Below are positions 1-8,187 of a stretch of DNA of 64,000 bases, piece by piece; within the stretch, counting starts at the first letter, position 1, and each line of letters opens with the position of its first letter. The position numbers and the translations under genes are program-made. Source of the stretch: Verrucomicrobiota bacterium (lineage in GTDB: Bacteria > Verrucomicrobiota > Kiritimatiellia > CAIQIC01 > JAGNIJ01); NCBI GenBank assembly GCA_036821485.1, contig DAISJM010000005.1, positions 16,815-80,814 on the forward strand, read 5' to 3'. The notes under the pieces were generated by a model that saw only the letters and a program-made list of their open reading frames with translations, was not told the DNA's origin and did no database searches.

Positions 1-563
1 CGGGCGTCGGCGGGCAGGGGATTCTGACCATTGCCGGCCTGATCGGCATGGCCGCGCTGGATGCCGGCCTCCACGTGAAGCAGTCGGAAGTTCACGGCAT
101 GGCACAACGGGGTGGGGCGGTGGTGTCCCATCTGCGGCTGGGTTCCGACCCTGTGGCGTCTGACCTGATTCCGGTCGGCGGCGCGCATATCCTGCTCTCG
201 ATGGAGCCGATGGAGATTCTTCGTTACTTTCCGTATGCCCGCAAGGATGCGGCCATCGTAACGAACCGCAACCCGGTGAAGAACATCGTGGCCTATCCGG
301 AGCTTGAAACGATTCTGGCGCGCATCCGCAGCCGGGAACATCACGTCATCGTGGATGGCGAGGGGTTGGCCAAGAAGGCAGGTTCCGTCAAGACGGTGAA
401 TATTGTGCTGTTGGGCGCGTCATCGGGTTTCCTTGTGCTGACACCACGGGAAATCCGCGGGCAGATCGAGAAGTTCTTTGCCCGCAAGGGTGCCGAGATC
501 GTGGAACAGAATCTGAAGGCGTTCGAGCTCGGTCGCGAAGCGGCTGGGATCGCGCAGCCGTAG
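1..563 (+). CDS. Indolepyruvate/2-oxoacid:ferredoxin oxidoreductase, beta/gamma subunit (IorB-like); 5' end truncated by window edge
   Basis: The reading frame runs from base 1 (GVGGQGILTIAGLIGMAALDAGL) and contains the GMAQRGG motif typical of pyruvate/indolepyruvate:ferredoxin oxidoreductase gamma/IorB subunits. The provided ORF 48..563 is the in-window part. Confidence 0.7.
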   Translation, partial: GVGGQGILTIAGLIGMAALDAGLHVKQSEVHGMAQRGGAVVSHLRLGSDPVASDLIPVGGAHILLSMEPMEILRYFPYARKDAAIVTNRNPVKNIVAYPELETILARIRSREHHVIVDGEGLAKKAGSVKTVNIVLLGASSGFLVLTPREIRGQIEKFFARKGAEIVEQNLKAFELGREAAGIAQP

Positions 564-576
564 CGAGGAGGGGATC

Positions 577-1341
577 ATGGATACAGTAAGGGTTATACCG
601 TGCCTCGATATCAAGGACGGCCGCGTGGTCAAGGGTGTTCATTTCGTCGAACTCAAGGATGCGGCCGATCCCGTGGAGGCCGCGCAGGCCTACTCGGCGG
701 GCGGAGCAGACGAGATTGCCTTTCTCGACATCACGGCGACGATCGAAAACCGGCGCACGAAGTTCGACGTGATCAAGCGTGTTGCCGCGGCCATAAAGGT
801 TCCGCTGATTGCCGGGGGCGGCATCACCTGCAGCCTCGACATCGAAGAGGCGATGGCTGCGGGCGCGAGCGCGGTCACCATTTCCAGCGCGGCCTACCGG
901 AATCCGGAAATGATTGAGGAAGCCGCCAAGCGATTTGGCTCCGAGCATATCATCATCGCCATCGACGCGGATGTGAACGAATCCATGCCGTCCCAGCGCG
1001 AGGTATATATCGACGGCGGACGGACGCCCACAGGTGAAGATGCTGTTGAGTTTGCGCGCCGCATGATCGATGTGGGCGCGGGACAGATTCTGCCGACGAG
1101 CAAAGCGGCCGATGGCACCAAGGCCGGCTTTGACCTGCAGTTGACGCGTCAGATTGCGGACGCGACAAAGCGGCCGGTCATTGCCAGCGGTGGCGCGGGC
1201 ACGTTGGAGCATTTTCACCAGGCCGTGGCCGAAGGTCATGCCAAGGCCGTGCTGGCCGCGTCGGTCTTTCACTTCGGCATGTTCACGGTGCGCCAGGTCA
1301 AGGAGTACCTCGCGGCCCGGGGCGTGCCGGTCCGGTTGTGA
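577..1341 (+). CDS. hisF: Imidazole glycerol phosphate synthase cyclase subunit HisF
   Basis: 254 aa. N-terminal RVIPCLDIKDGRVVKG, GGADEI..LDI and a (beta/alpha)8 glycine-rich pattern classic for HisF. A possible RBS gaggagggg precedes the ATG. Confidence 0.9.
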   Translation: MDTVRVIPCLDIKDGRVVKGVHFVELKDAADPVEAAQAYSAGGADEIAFLDITATIENRRTKFDVIKRVAAAIKVPLIAGGGITCSLDIEEAMAAGASAVTISSAAYRNPEMIEEAAKRFGSEHIIIAIDADVNESMPSQREVYIDGGRTPTGEDAVEFARRMIDVGAGQILPTSKAADGTKAGFDLQLTRQIADATKRPVIASGGAGTLEHFHQAVAEGHAKAVLAASVFHFGMFTVRQVKEYLAARGVPVRL

Positions 1342-1529
1342 GGCAGGTCGTCGAAAGCCGAAGAAGAGGTTCCTCTGCCGCGAGAGCGGCATCGGAATGA
1401 CACATCTTGGGCCGCTTGTGTCATGCTGAGCAAAGCGAAGCATCTCCGTTTCGGTAACAAGTCGTTCATGCTTCACTTTGACGCCGGGTCTGTCCACTAT
1501 GGGGTGTGGTTCTTGCGAAAGGGCAACCG

Positions 1530-1964
1530 ATGATTCCTGATCTTCAATCCAGCATCTTGTGTGACGACGTGCGGCAGGAGCGCAACGGCAAGTTCATCCT
1601 GATCGGCTTGTTCGACGTCATCGGCAGTCCCAACTTCCCTCTGGTGTATCCGCGACTATTCATGGTTACGCGCTGGTGCAGCGGCGAAGGCGTATTCAAG
1701 CAGCGGACGCGCATCCTGCGGCCGGATCAGAAGACCGTGCTGGTTGAGGGGAAGGATATCCCGGTTCATCTGCCGGGCACGGAGTCGACGGCAACCAATG
1801 TGGAAGCATTTCTAAATGTGGCCTTCAAAGAAGAGGGTACACACTGGATTGAAGTGCTGCTGGACGGCGATCTGAAGATTCGATTCCCGTTGCGCGTCAA
1901 CCGAGTGAATCCGCCGCCGGGCACGATGCCACCGCCGCAGGATGTGGGCGGACAGGTTTCGTAA
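1530..1964 (+). CDS. Hypothetical protein (conserved-looking, ~144 aa)
   Basis: Clean ORF with gene-like codon usage (start MIPDLQSSILCDDVRQERNGKFILIGLFD). No motif I can assign. The upstream ATG at 1506 is also possible. Confidence 0.5.
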   Translation: MIPDLQSSILCDDVRQERNGKFILIGLFDVIGSPNFPLVYPRLFMVTRWCSGEGVFKQRTRILRPDQKTVLVEGKDIPVHLPGTESTATNVEAFLNVAFKEEGTHWIEVLLDGDLKIRFPLRVNRVNPPPGTMPPPQDVGGQVS

Positions 1965-2018
1965 GCAGACGGATAAGGATACCTTGGTCGACTCTGAGCG
2001 ACGCTACGGCACTTCCGG

Positions 2019-3374
2019 TCAGGATCCTTCCGCGTCGACATCGGTTTCGACGAGCCGGATTGTGCGGGGCTTGGCCAGCTCGCGGAGCATCTTGTCGGAT
2101 TCCCCGAGGTGTGAGCGGATGGCGTCCATCGTCTGCTTGAACTCCTCGGTCGAGGCGACGGCCTTCATGGTCTGTTCCACGGCGCCCTGCACGTGCAGCA
2201 CCTTCTCGATGTCCGCTTCCAGCGCGGCGATCTTGCCGAGCTGATCGGCGAGATTCTGGGATGCGGTGGTCATGCGGTTGATGCTCTCGCTGAGCACGGT
2301 CTGCAACTGGGTGCCCCAGTTTTCGCCCGCCTTGCCGATCTGCGTGACGCTGCCTTCGAGCGCTTCCTTCAGCTTCGTCAGTTCGAGGGATTGCATTTCC
2401 TTCACGCGGCCGGCGAGGGTGCCCATGGCCTTGTCGAGATCGTGCGTATGGGCTTGGAAAGCGGTCCTCATCTTGTCCATGTTCGAGCTGAGACCGCCGG
2501 TCAGGTCGTTCACAACGGCGGAGAGGGCCTTCTCTGCGCTCTTGAGATCCGTGGTGGTCGTGGTAGCGGCGTCCATCCATTTGCCGACCAGTTCCGACTG
2601 GCTCTTGGCGAGCGTCGTCTCCATTTTCTCAACCTGAAGTGCGACATCCTTGACGATGCCCTCGACGGCGCTCTTCATCGCATTGGCTGTCTGTTCCGGC
2701 TGGGGCACGTGATCTTTGAAGGCCTTGTTAATTGCACCGCCCAAGGCCCCGGCCAAGTCAGACGCCGTCATGGCGGTTTGGGAGATGTTGGCGGGCAACC
2801 GGCTCAGGAGCCGGCCCATGAGATACGCGTCGATCCGATCGAGGAGCACTTGCCGTGCGAGTACGGTCAACGCCAACACAATCAGCACGGACCAGGTGAG
2901 CAGTACATCCTCGTACAAGCCCATGGCCGGGATGAGTAAGAGAATAATGAAGGCGACGCCGATGCGGATCGGGGCTTTGGCGGCTGCACTCTGCATGGCG
3001 GCCAGCTCGGCGGTCGTGGAAGCGTCGCCGCCGTTGCACCAGGAAGCCATAAGTTGGTGGACACGCTCGGCCACCAGGTTGCCGCGCTTGATTGAGTCCA
3101 TGCGCTCGCGGACCGCAGCGCGATCCGCCACGTCGAGCGAATCGGGAATAGGGTTGGCGGCCAAGGCCATCGATTCGCCGATCATGGCTACCCATTCGAG
3201 GAAAAGGTAAGCCCAGGCGAGGCCGAGGCAGATGCCGATGATCAAAGCCCGCGGGTCAGCGTCGAGGACGTTGCCCACCATGACGCACCCCAACATGATG
3301 CCGATGACGAGGACATGGATGAAGTTGGGGCCGGGGTGAAACAGGGGTGCGGGGCGATCAGTCTTGGTCGTCAT
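2019..3374 (-). CDS. Membrane protein with 4 predicted TM helices (2+2 separated by a ~60-aa loop) and a ~270-aa C-terminal coiled-coil tail; MotA/ZorA-like topology
   Basis: TM1 FIHVLVIGIMLGCVMVGNVL, TM2 LIIGICLGLAWAYLFLEWVAMIG, loop, TM3 IRIGVAFIILLLIPAMGLY, TM4 LLTWSVLIVLALTVLA. The tail is heptad-like and rich in A/L/K/E/Q/T. No catalytic motif recognised. Confidence 0.6.
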   Translation of the reverse strand: MTTKTDRPAPLFHPGPNFIHVLVIGIMLGCVMVGNVLDADPRALIIGICLGLAWAYLFLEWVAMIGESMALAANPIPDSLDVADRAAVRERMDSIKRGNLVAERVHQLMASWCNGGDASTTAELAAMQSAAAKAPIRIGVAFIILLLIPAMGLYEDVLLTWSVLIVLALTVLARQVLLDRIDAYLMGRLLSRLPANISQTAMTASDLAGALGGAINKAFKDHVPQPEQTANAMKSAVEGIVKDVALQVEKMETTLAKSQSELVGKWMDAATTTTTDLKSAEKALSAVVNDLTGGLSSNMDKMRTAFQAHTHDLDKAMGTLAGRVKEMQSLELTKLKEALEGSVTQIGKAGENWGTQLQTVLSESINRMTTASQNLADQLGKIAALEADIEKVLHVQGAVEQTMKAVASTEEFKQTMDAIRSHLGESDKMLRELAKPRTIRLVETDVDAEGS

Positions 3375-3490
3375 AAAGGGACTCCCTCAGCTCAATACGT
3401 TCGATTGCTCATTCTAGGTAAACCCCTCGGGATTGTCAAAGTTAAGGGCTGTGGCTAAACTGCGCGAAACAGGAAGACCCACGGGCAAGT

Positions 3491-4288
3491 GTGAGCCGGA
3501 TGAGACACCATTTTCCTCCCAAATACATGCAGGGCGCTGCCATAGCCGCAGTGGGGCTGCTGCTGGCGGGCGCGGCGGCAGTTTTTCCAAGGGTTGGAAA
3601 AACAGGGGGTACCTTTTTCCAATCCTTGGAAAAAAGCACAGTTCCGATCACGGCGGGCACCGTTTTGGTGGGCAGCCGGACAGAGGAAGGGTTCCCAGCG
3701 CATCGGGCATGCTTAACACCTTATCGTATAGGTGTTTACGAAGTAACAGCCGACGAATATGCGATGTTTTTGACTGAGCAGGGCAGGAGGGATTGCCTTG
3801 CACCGCAGTTTGAGGTCCGGCGCGGCCGGATCGTGCCGAGGCGTGGGCAGGGGCGGAGGCCGGTGGCGCACGTAAGCCGGGACGAGGCGGTGGAGTACTG
3901 CCGCTGGCTGTCGGCGAAGTCCGGTGTGACGGTGCGGCTGCCGACGGAGGACGAGTGGGAGTGGGCTGCGCGAGGCGGCGTGGTGGGTGCGCGTTATCCG
4001 TGGGGGTGGGGTGCGCCGGAGGGGAAGGCGTCTTTTCGTGCGCGGCGCGTGGCGCGGGTGGGCGGGTTTGAGCCCAATGGTTTTGGGCTGTATGATGTGG
4101 CCGGTAATGTGTTCGAATGGTGCGCTACGTCGAATGGCGAGGCGGTCGTGCGCGGCGGCAGTTGGGCGGAGAGGGATGAGGCGTCGCTGCATGTGTTCCG
4201 GCGCGTGACGTTTCCGCAAGATTATCGCGGTGCGGACGTCGGGTTCCGCATCGTGGCGGAGGCCGCTGCGGCGCAGGGTGATGGCTGA
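3491..4288 (+). CDS. Formylglycine-generating-enzyme (FGE)/sulfatase-modifying-factor domain protein; N-terminal boundary uncertain
   Basis: The FGE-sulfatase domain starts at ~3660 (ITAGTVLVGSRTEEGFPAHRACLTPYRIGVYEVTADEY...GFRIV). The annotated N-terminus has a signal-peptide-like stretch, but 3582-3635 carries two AT-rich palindromes that look regulatory. The true start may therefore lie downstream. Confidence 0.7.
   Translation: MSRMRHHFPPKYMQGAAIAAVGLLLAGAAAVFPRVGKTGGTFFQSLEKSTVPITAGTVLVGSRTEEGFPAHRACLTPYRIGVYEVTADEYAMFLTEQGRRDCLAPQFEVRRGRIVPRRGQGRRPVAHVSRDEAVEYCRWLSAKSGVTVRLPTEDEWEWAARGGVVGARYPWGWGAPEGKASFRARRVARVGGFEPNGFGLYDVAGNVFEWCATSNGEAVVRGGSWAERDEASLHVFRRVTFPQDYRGADVGFRIVAEAAAAQGDG
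3582..3635. promoter_or_regulatory. Two phased copies of the palindrome TTTTTCCAA-N3-TTGGAAAAA (candidate operator array A)
   Basis: TTTTTCCAAGGGTTGGAAAAA (3582-3602) and TTTTTCCAATCCTTGGAAAAA (3614-3635). Centres are ~32 bp apart. The sites are strongly AT-rich in a ~64% GC background. The same motif occurs three times at 46227-46308. Confidence 0.6.
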
Positions 4289-4304
4289 GGCGGGTTGTTG
4301 ATTC

Positions 4305-5225
4305 ATGCGGTACAGACTGAAACATATTTTCGAATACGCAGTGTTGCGCAGCGTCATCGGCCTGGTGACGGTGGTGCCGTATCGCGTTGCGTTGGGACTC
4401 GGCTGGGTCATCGCGTCGATCAGCCGTCCGTTCCTCCGCAAGAAGATGAAGAGGACCGCGACCCGCATCCGATCGGTGCTGGGGCCGGAACCGAGCGACC
4501 GCGAGATCGAACGGATGGTGCGGCGTGCATGGCTCCAGTTGTGCTGGGTGGCGATCGAGGGCATGCGGACGTCGCGGATGACCGCCGATTGGATCCGGAA
4601 GATGGTGGACCTCCGTGACCTCCACATGATTGCCGACAACATGAAGGATGGGCGCGGCGTGATTGTGGCGGTGCCGCATCTGGGCAACTGGGAGTTGGCG
4701 GGCGTGGCGTGCACTCGGATGGGCGTTCGATTGATGACGATTGCCCGTTCCCAGCGGAACCCGTTGACGGATGCGTATCTTGAGCGGATGCGTGAACAAG
4801 CCGGACTTGAGTGCTACGAGAGCAGATCGGCGGCCTTTGTCGGCATCCTGCGTGGTTTGCGCGAGGGCAAGTCGCTGGCGATTCTTCCGGACCTGCGCGG
4901 GAAGGGCGGGGCGTATCGCTGCCGGTATCTTGGCGCGGAGACGGATATCCCGTCGGGCATGGCGCGGTTCGCACGCGAGGCGGGCGTACCGATCATTCCG
5001 GCGTTTACTTACCGCGAGGGCTGGGGCCGATACGTGCTGCGTGGGTTTGACCCGGTCTGGCCGGATACCTCGCTCGACCGGGACGAGGACGGGCGGCGGA
5101 TGACGCAGTACGTCATGGATTGTCTCGATCGCGCGGTGCGCGAGCACCCGGAGCAGTACTTCTGGTTCAACAATCGCTGGGTGCTGGGCAAGGAGACGAC
5201 CGGCGCTAATCCGCCGTCGAAGTGA
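4305..5225 (+). CDS. Lipid A biosynthesis lauroyl/myristoyl acyltransferase (LpxL/HtrB family)
   Basis: 306 aa with an N-terminal membrane anchor. The PHLGNWE motif is the HX4D-type acyltransferase signature of the LpxL/LpxM family. Confidence 0.75.
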   Translation: MRYRLKHIFEYAVLRSVIGLVTVVPYRVALGLGWVIASISRPFLRKKMKRTATRIRSVLGPEPSDREIERMVRRAWLQLCWVAIEGMRTSRMTADWIRKMVDLRDLHMIADNMKDGRGVIVAVPHLGNWELAGVACTRMGVRLMTIARSQRNPLTDAYLERMREQAGLECYESRSAAFVGILRGLREGKSLAILPDLRGKGGAYRCRYLGAETDIPSGMARFAREAGVPIIPAFTYREGWGRYVLRGFDPVWPDTSLDRDEDGRRMTQYVMDCLDRAVREHPEQYFWFNNRWVLGKETTGANPPSK

Positions 5226-6165
5226 CAAGCGTTTCCTCGCGGTGTGCCCTGTGGGTCTGGGCTTTGGCGACGACAAGGAACAGGCAACTGGCGACGAGTA
5301 TGAGTCCGCCGATCCACTGCAGGCTTCCCATCCGTTCGCCGAGCGCTCCGTACGCAAGGATTGCCGTGGCGAACGGAATGAAGAGCAGCGAGCCTTCCGA
5401 CGCGATGGGTCCGAGTGTGTGGATCGCGCGATAAAACAGCACATGACCGAGCGCAATGCCGGCGATGGCCGAGATCCAGATCAACACCCATATGCGCAGT
5501 GACAGGCTGAGCACGGGGTGCCAGTCGCCCACGCCGAACATCAGCGCGATGAGGCCGGGCGCGGCGTAGAGGCTGATAACCCCGAAGCTCACGCGCGGGG
5601 AGTAGCCATGCATAAACTTCCGGACGAGGACGGAGTAGAACCCCCAGCACGACGCCGTGACGATGAGGAGGATCATGCCCGCTGCCGATGTGGATGTGGT
5701 CCCGAGGCCGCCGATGTAGAGGGCGATGAGGCCGGCCGCGGTCCCGCCGAAGCCGACCCAGAACAACGGCCGACGTGCGAGAGGTCGTTCCTCGCGCAGG
5801 AGCGAGAATCCGAGCAGCGTTGTGAAAAGGAACGAACTTCGGCTCACAAAATTGATGACGGTGGCGTCGTTGAAATAGGGGGTGAGGCCGAAGAGCATCT
5901 GGCCGACAAGATGGATGATGGCGGGCGGCAGGGCATCCTTCCAGATGTTGCGTCCCGGTGGTACTTCGTGGACGTGACGCAGCACGTAAGGAAGCCAAAA
6001 GAGCGCGGCAAAGGTGTAACGCAGGCCGTTGACCGTCCACGCATCGAGCCGGTGAGAGAAGAACTTGAGCAGCAGCGGGACGCTGGACCAGAAAAAGATC
6101 GCCGTGGCGAGAGACAGTACGGCTGCGAGTGTGCCATTCCGATTCATGGATGTGCCTGCTGGCAT
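5206..6165 (-). CDS. EamA/DMT-superfamily transporter (10-TM permease)
   Basis: Polytopic hydrophobic protein with two EamA-like halves. The provided ORF extends to 6282, but the likely start is MPAGTSMNRNG (6165) or MNRNG (6147). Confidence 0.75.
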   Translation of the reverse strand: MPAGTSMNRNGTLAAVLSLATAIFFWSSVPLLLKFFSHRLDAWTVNGLRYTFAALFWLPYVLRHVHEVPPGRNIWKDALPPAIIHLVGQMLFGLTPYFNDATVINFVSRSSFLFTTLLGFSLLREERPLARRPLFWVGFGGTAAGLIALYIGGLGTTSTSAAGMILLIVTASCWGFYSVLVRKFMHGYSPRVSFGVISLYAAPGLIALMFGVGDWHPVLSLSLRIWVLIWISAIAGIALGHVLFYRAIHTLGPIASEGSLLFIPFATAILAYGALGERMGSLQWIGGLILVASCLFLVVAKAQTHRAHREETLVTSTAD

Positions 6166-6313
6166 GACGTGGAATCTACGACTGGGTGGGGACGGGGGCG
6201 AGGAAGAAAGTGAATAGAGAGGGGGCCGCCTTTGCAGTCTCGCCAAGGCTCGACTGACTACGGCGTGACAGGGGCTTGCCATCCGAAGCTCAAGCGAAGC
6301 GCGGAGCGAAGGA

Positions 6314-6389
6314 TGGTGGCTGGAGTCGGAATCGAACCGACGACCCAGGGCTTATGAGTCCCTTGCTCTGCCAACTGAGCTATCCAGCC
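6314..6389 (-). tRNA. tRNA-Met (anticodon CAT), elongator type
   Basis: The reverse complement folds as a 76-nt cloverleaf: acceptor GGCTGGA/TCCAGCC, D-arm GCTC-AGTTGGCA-GAGC, anticodon loop CTCATAA (CAT), T-arm GTCGG-TTCGATT-CCGAC, 3' ACCA encoded. G1-C72 is paired, so it is not an initiator. tRNA-Ile2 (lysidine) cannot be excluded. Confidence 0.85.
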
Positions 6390-6511
6390 ATGTTGTGCCG
6401 TGGAGAAACTAGGGAAGAGGGCGGCTTTTGTCAACACGCGCCGCACGGGGTGATACCCGCTTGTGTGGGCCCGCAGGAATTGGTATTTGGGTGCCTGACA
6501 AGGATGTAACG

Positions 6512-8179
6512 ATGCTGACAAATCTCCGCGTAAAGAACCTCGCGCTGGTGGAAAGTATCCGGGTGGAATTCGGGCCGGGCCTGAATGTCATTACCGGCGA
6601 GACCGGTGCGGGCAAGTCCATCCTGATCGGAGCGCTGAGCCTGCTGCTGGGCGACCGGGCCGATCGCGGCATGATTCGCGCGGGCGAGGATGCGTGTGGT
6701 GCGGAAGCAGCTTTTCAGCTCAAAGACTCCGCCGCGGTGGATGAGGTCCTCGAAAAATACGGGATCGATCCGTGTCAGGACGGGCAACTGATCATCCGCC
6801 GCATCATCAAGGCGTCAGGTTCTTCCCAGAGTCTCGTCAACGACAGCCCGATCACGCTGCAGGCGCTCAAGGAGATCGGCCAGTTGCTGGTCGACATGCA
6901 TGGGCCGCACGATCATCAGTCACTGTTGAGTCCCGAGTTTCAGATGGATCTGCTCGACGCGTTTGGTCACTCGTGGGATGAGCGCGCAGCTTACGAGGAG
7001 ACGTTCCGAAAAATCCAGGCCTTGGAAGAGCGGCGCGCCGCGTTGGAAGGCGCCGGTGAGAATGTGGCGGAACAGATCGACCTCTTGAGCTACCGCGTGA
7101 AAGACATCGAAGAAGCGGCGCCGGTGGAGGGCGAGGAGGAGAAGGTTGAGCAGGAGCAGCTGCTCGTGGGTAACGCGCAGCGCGTGTTAGAGCTGGGGCA
7201 GGCCGCTCTGCAGGCTCTCGCCGAGGGTGAGGGATCGGCCTTTGATTCGATGGCCCTTGCACAACGATCGCTCGATGAGCTGGCGCGGCTGATGCCGGAA
7301 GCGGAGGAGTGGAAGACGGAAATCCATTCGTGTGCGTCCCGTTTGCAGGAAGTGTCTGCCACCCTGCACGGTGCGCTGGATCGCGTGGAAGCCGATCCGT
7401 CCCGTCTGGATTGGTTGGATCAGCGGCTGGCGACCTATCAGAGGCTGAAGCGGAAGTATGCGCCGACGGTCGAGGGCGTGCTGAAGATTCTACAGGAATC
7501 GAAGGATCGACTTCGCAATCTGGAGACACGGGGCGAGCAGTTGGCGGAGATTGAAAAGGAGAAGGAAGCCCTGTTGCGGACCTTGCGTACACAAGGCGGG
7601 GCGCTGCGCGCGAAGCGCAGCGGGGCAGCCAATCGGTTAGCGTTGGCGGTGACGCAGGAACTTCGGGCGCTGGGATTCGCGCATGGATCATTCTCGGTTG
7701 AACTGCGCGATGCGGAGCCACATCTCTCGGGCTTGGATGACATCGAATTTGGATTTGCGCCCAACGTAGGCGAACCGATGCGACCGTTGCGCGCCATTGC
7801 CTCGAGCGGAGAAATCTCGCGTGTCATGTTGGCGTCCAAAGCGGTGCTGGCAGGCCATGATCGAATCCCGGTTATGGTGTTCGACGAAATCGATGCCAAC
7901 GTCGGCGGCGAAATGGGCAGTGCGGTGGGGCGGAAGCTTGCAGAAGTGGCGCGCCAGCACCAGGTGATTTGCATTACGCATCTTCCGCAGGTGGCGGTCC
8001 ACGGTGTCTCGCATCTCGCAGTGACCAAGTCCGTCAAAGACAGCCGGACGATGACCGAAGTGAAACAGCTCGACGAACGCGGCCGCGTGGAAGAACTGGC
8101 GCGAATGTTGGGCGGCCGGGATTTGACCAGCGTCACACTCAAGCATGCGCGCGAGATGCTGGATGGCGTGAAGCGCTGA
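6512..8179 (+). CDS. recN: DNA repair protein RecN
   Basis: N-terminus MLTNLRVKNLALVESIRVEFGPGLNVITGETGAGKSIL (Walker A) and long coiled-coil middle. The C-terminus VMVFDEIDANVGGE...ICITHLPQVA carries the SMC-like signature/Walker B. 555 aa from the internal ATG at 6512. Confidence 0.9.
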   Translation: MLTNLRVKNLALVESIRVEFGPGLNVITGETGAGKSILIGALSLLLGDRADRGMIRAGEDACGAEAAFQLKDSAAVDEVLEKYGIDPCQDGQLIIRRIIKASGSSQSLVNDSPITLQALKEIGQLLVDMHGPHDHQSLLSPEFQMDLLDAFGHSWDERAAYEETFRKIQALEERRAALEGAGENVAEQIDLLSYRVKDIEEAAPVEGEEEKVEQEQLLVGNAQRVLELGQAALQALAEGEGSAFDSMALAQRSLDELARLMPEAEEWKTEIHSCASRLQEVSATLHGALDRVEADPSRLDWLDQRLATYQRLKRKYAPTVEGVLKILQESKDRLRNLETRGEQLAEIEKEKEALLRTLRTQGGALRAKRSGAANRLALAVTQELRALGFAHGSFSVELRDAEPHLSGLDDIEFGFAPNVGEPMRPLRAIASSGEISRVMLASKAVLAGHDRIPVMVFDEIDANVGGEMGSAVGRKLAEVARQHQVICITHLPQVAVHGVSHLAVTKSVKDSRTMTEVKQLDERGRVEELARMLGGRDLTSVTLKHAREMLDGVKR

Positions 8180-8187
8180 GTGTTGGC

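Noticed and set aside
388-1497. 369-aa minus-strand ORF antisense to iorB/hisF
   Set aside because: It overlaps two well-supported + strand genes. Its Arg/Gly/Ala-rich composition is typical of shadow ORFs in high-GC DNA, and it has no recognisable motif.
1965-2018. MotB/ZorB-like partner gene next to the MotA-like-topology protein
   Set aside because: Only 54 bp separate the convergent genes. No OmpA/peptidoglycan-binding ORF occurs within 5 kb on either side.
4125-6040. Long minus-strand ORFs (4125..5456, 5009..6040) and the + strand ORF 5518..6213
   Set aside because: They are antisense or out of frame to the LpxL-like acyltransferase and EamA transporter genes. Arg/Pro/His-rich low-complexity translations; GC-shadow artefacts.
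6283-6313. Genomic island or integrase at the tRNA-Met 3' flank
   Set aside because: Looked for integrase, excisionase or direct repeats of the tRNA 3' end downstream (lower coordinates) and found none. The flanking genes are core (EamA transporter, LpxL-like acyltransferase).
6314-6389. Initiator tRNA-fMet call
   Set aside because: GGG/CCC is present in the anticodon stem, but the 1-72 pair is G-C (paired) rather than the bacterial initiator C1xA72 mismatch. Called elongator Met (or Ile2).
6867-7721. 284-aa minus-strand ORF inside recN
   Set aside because: Antisense to a canonical RecN with all motifs intact. Pro/Arg/Ala-rich shadow ORF.
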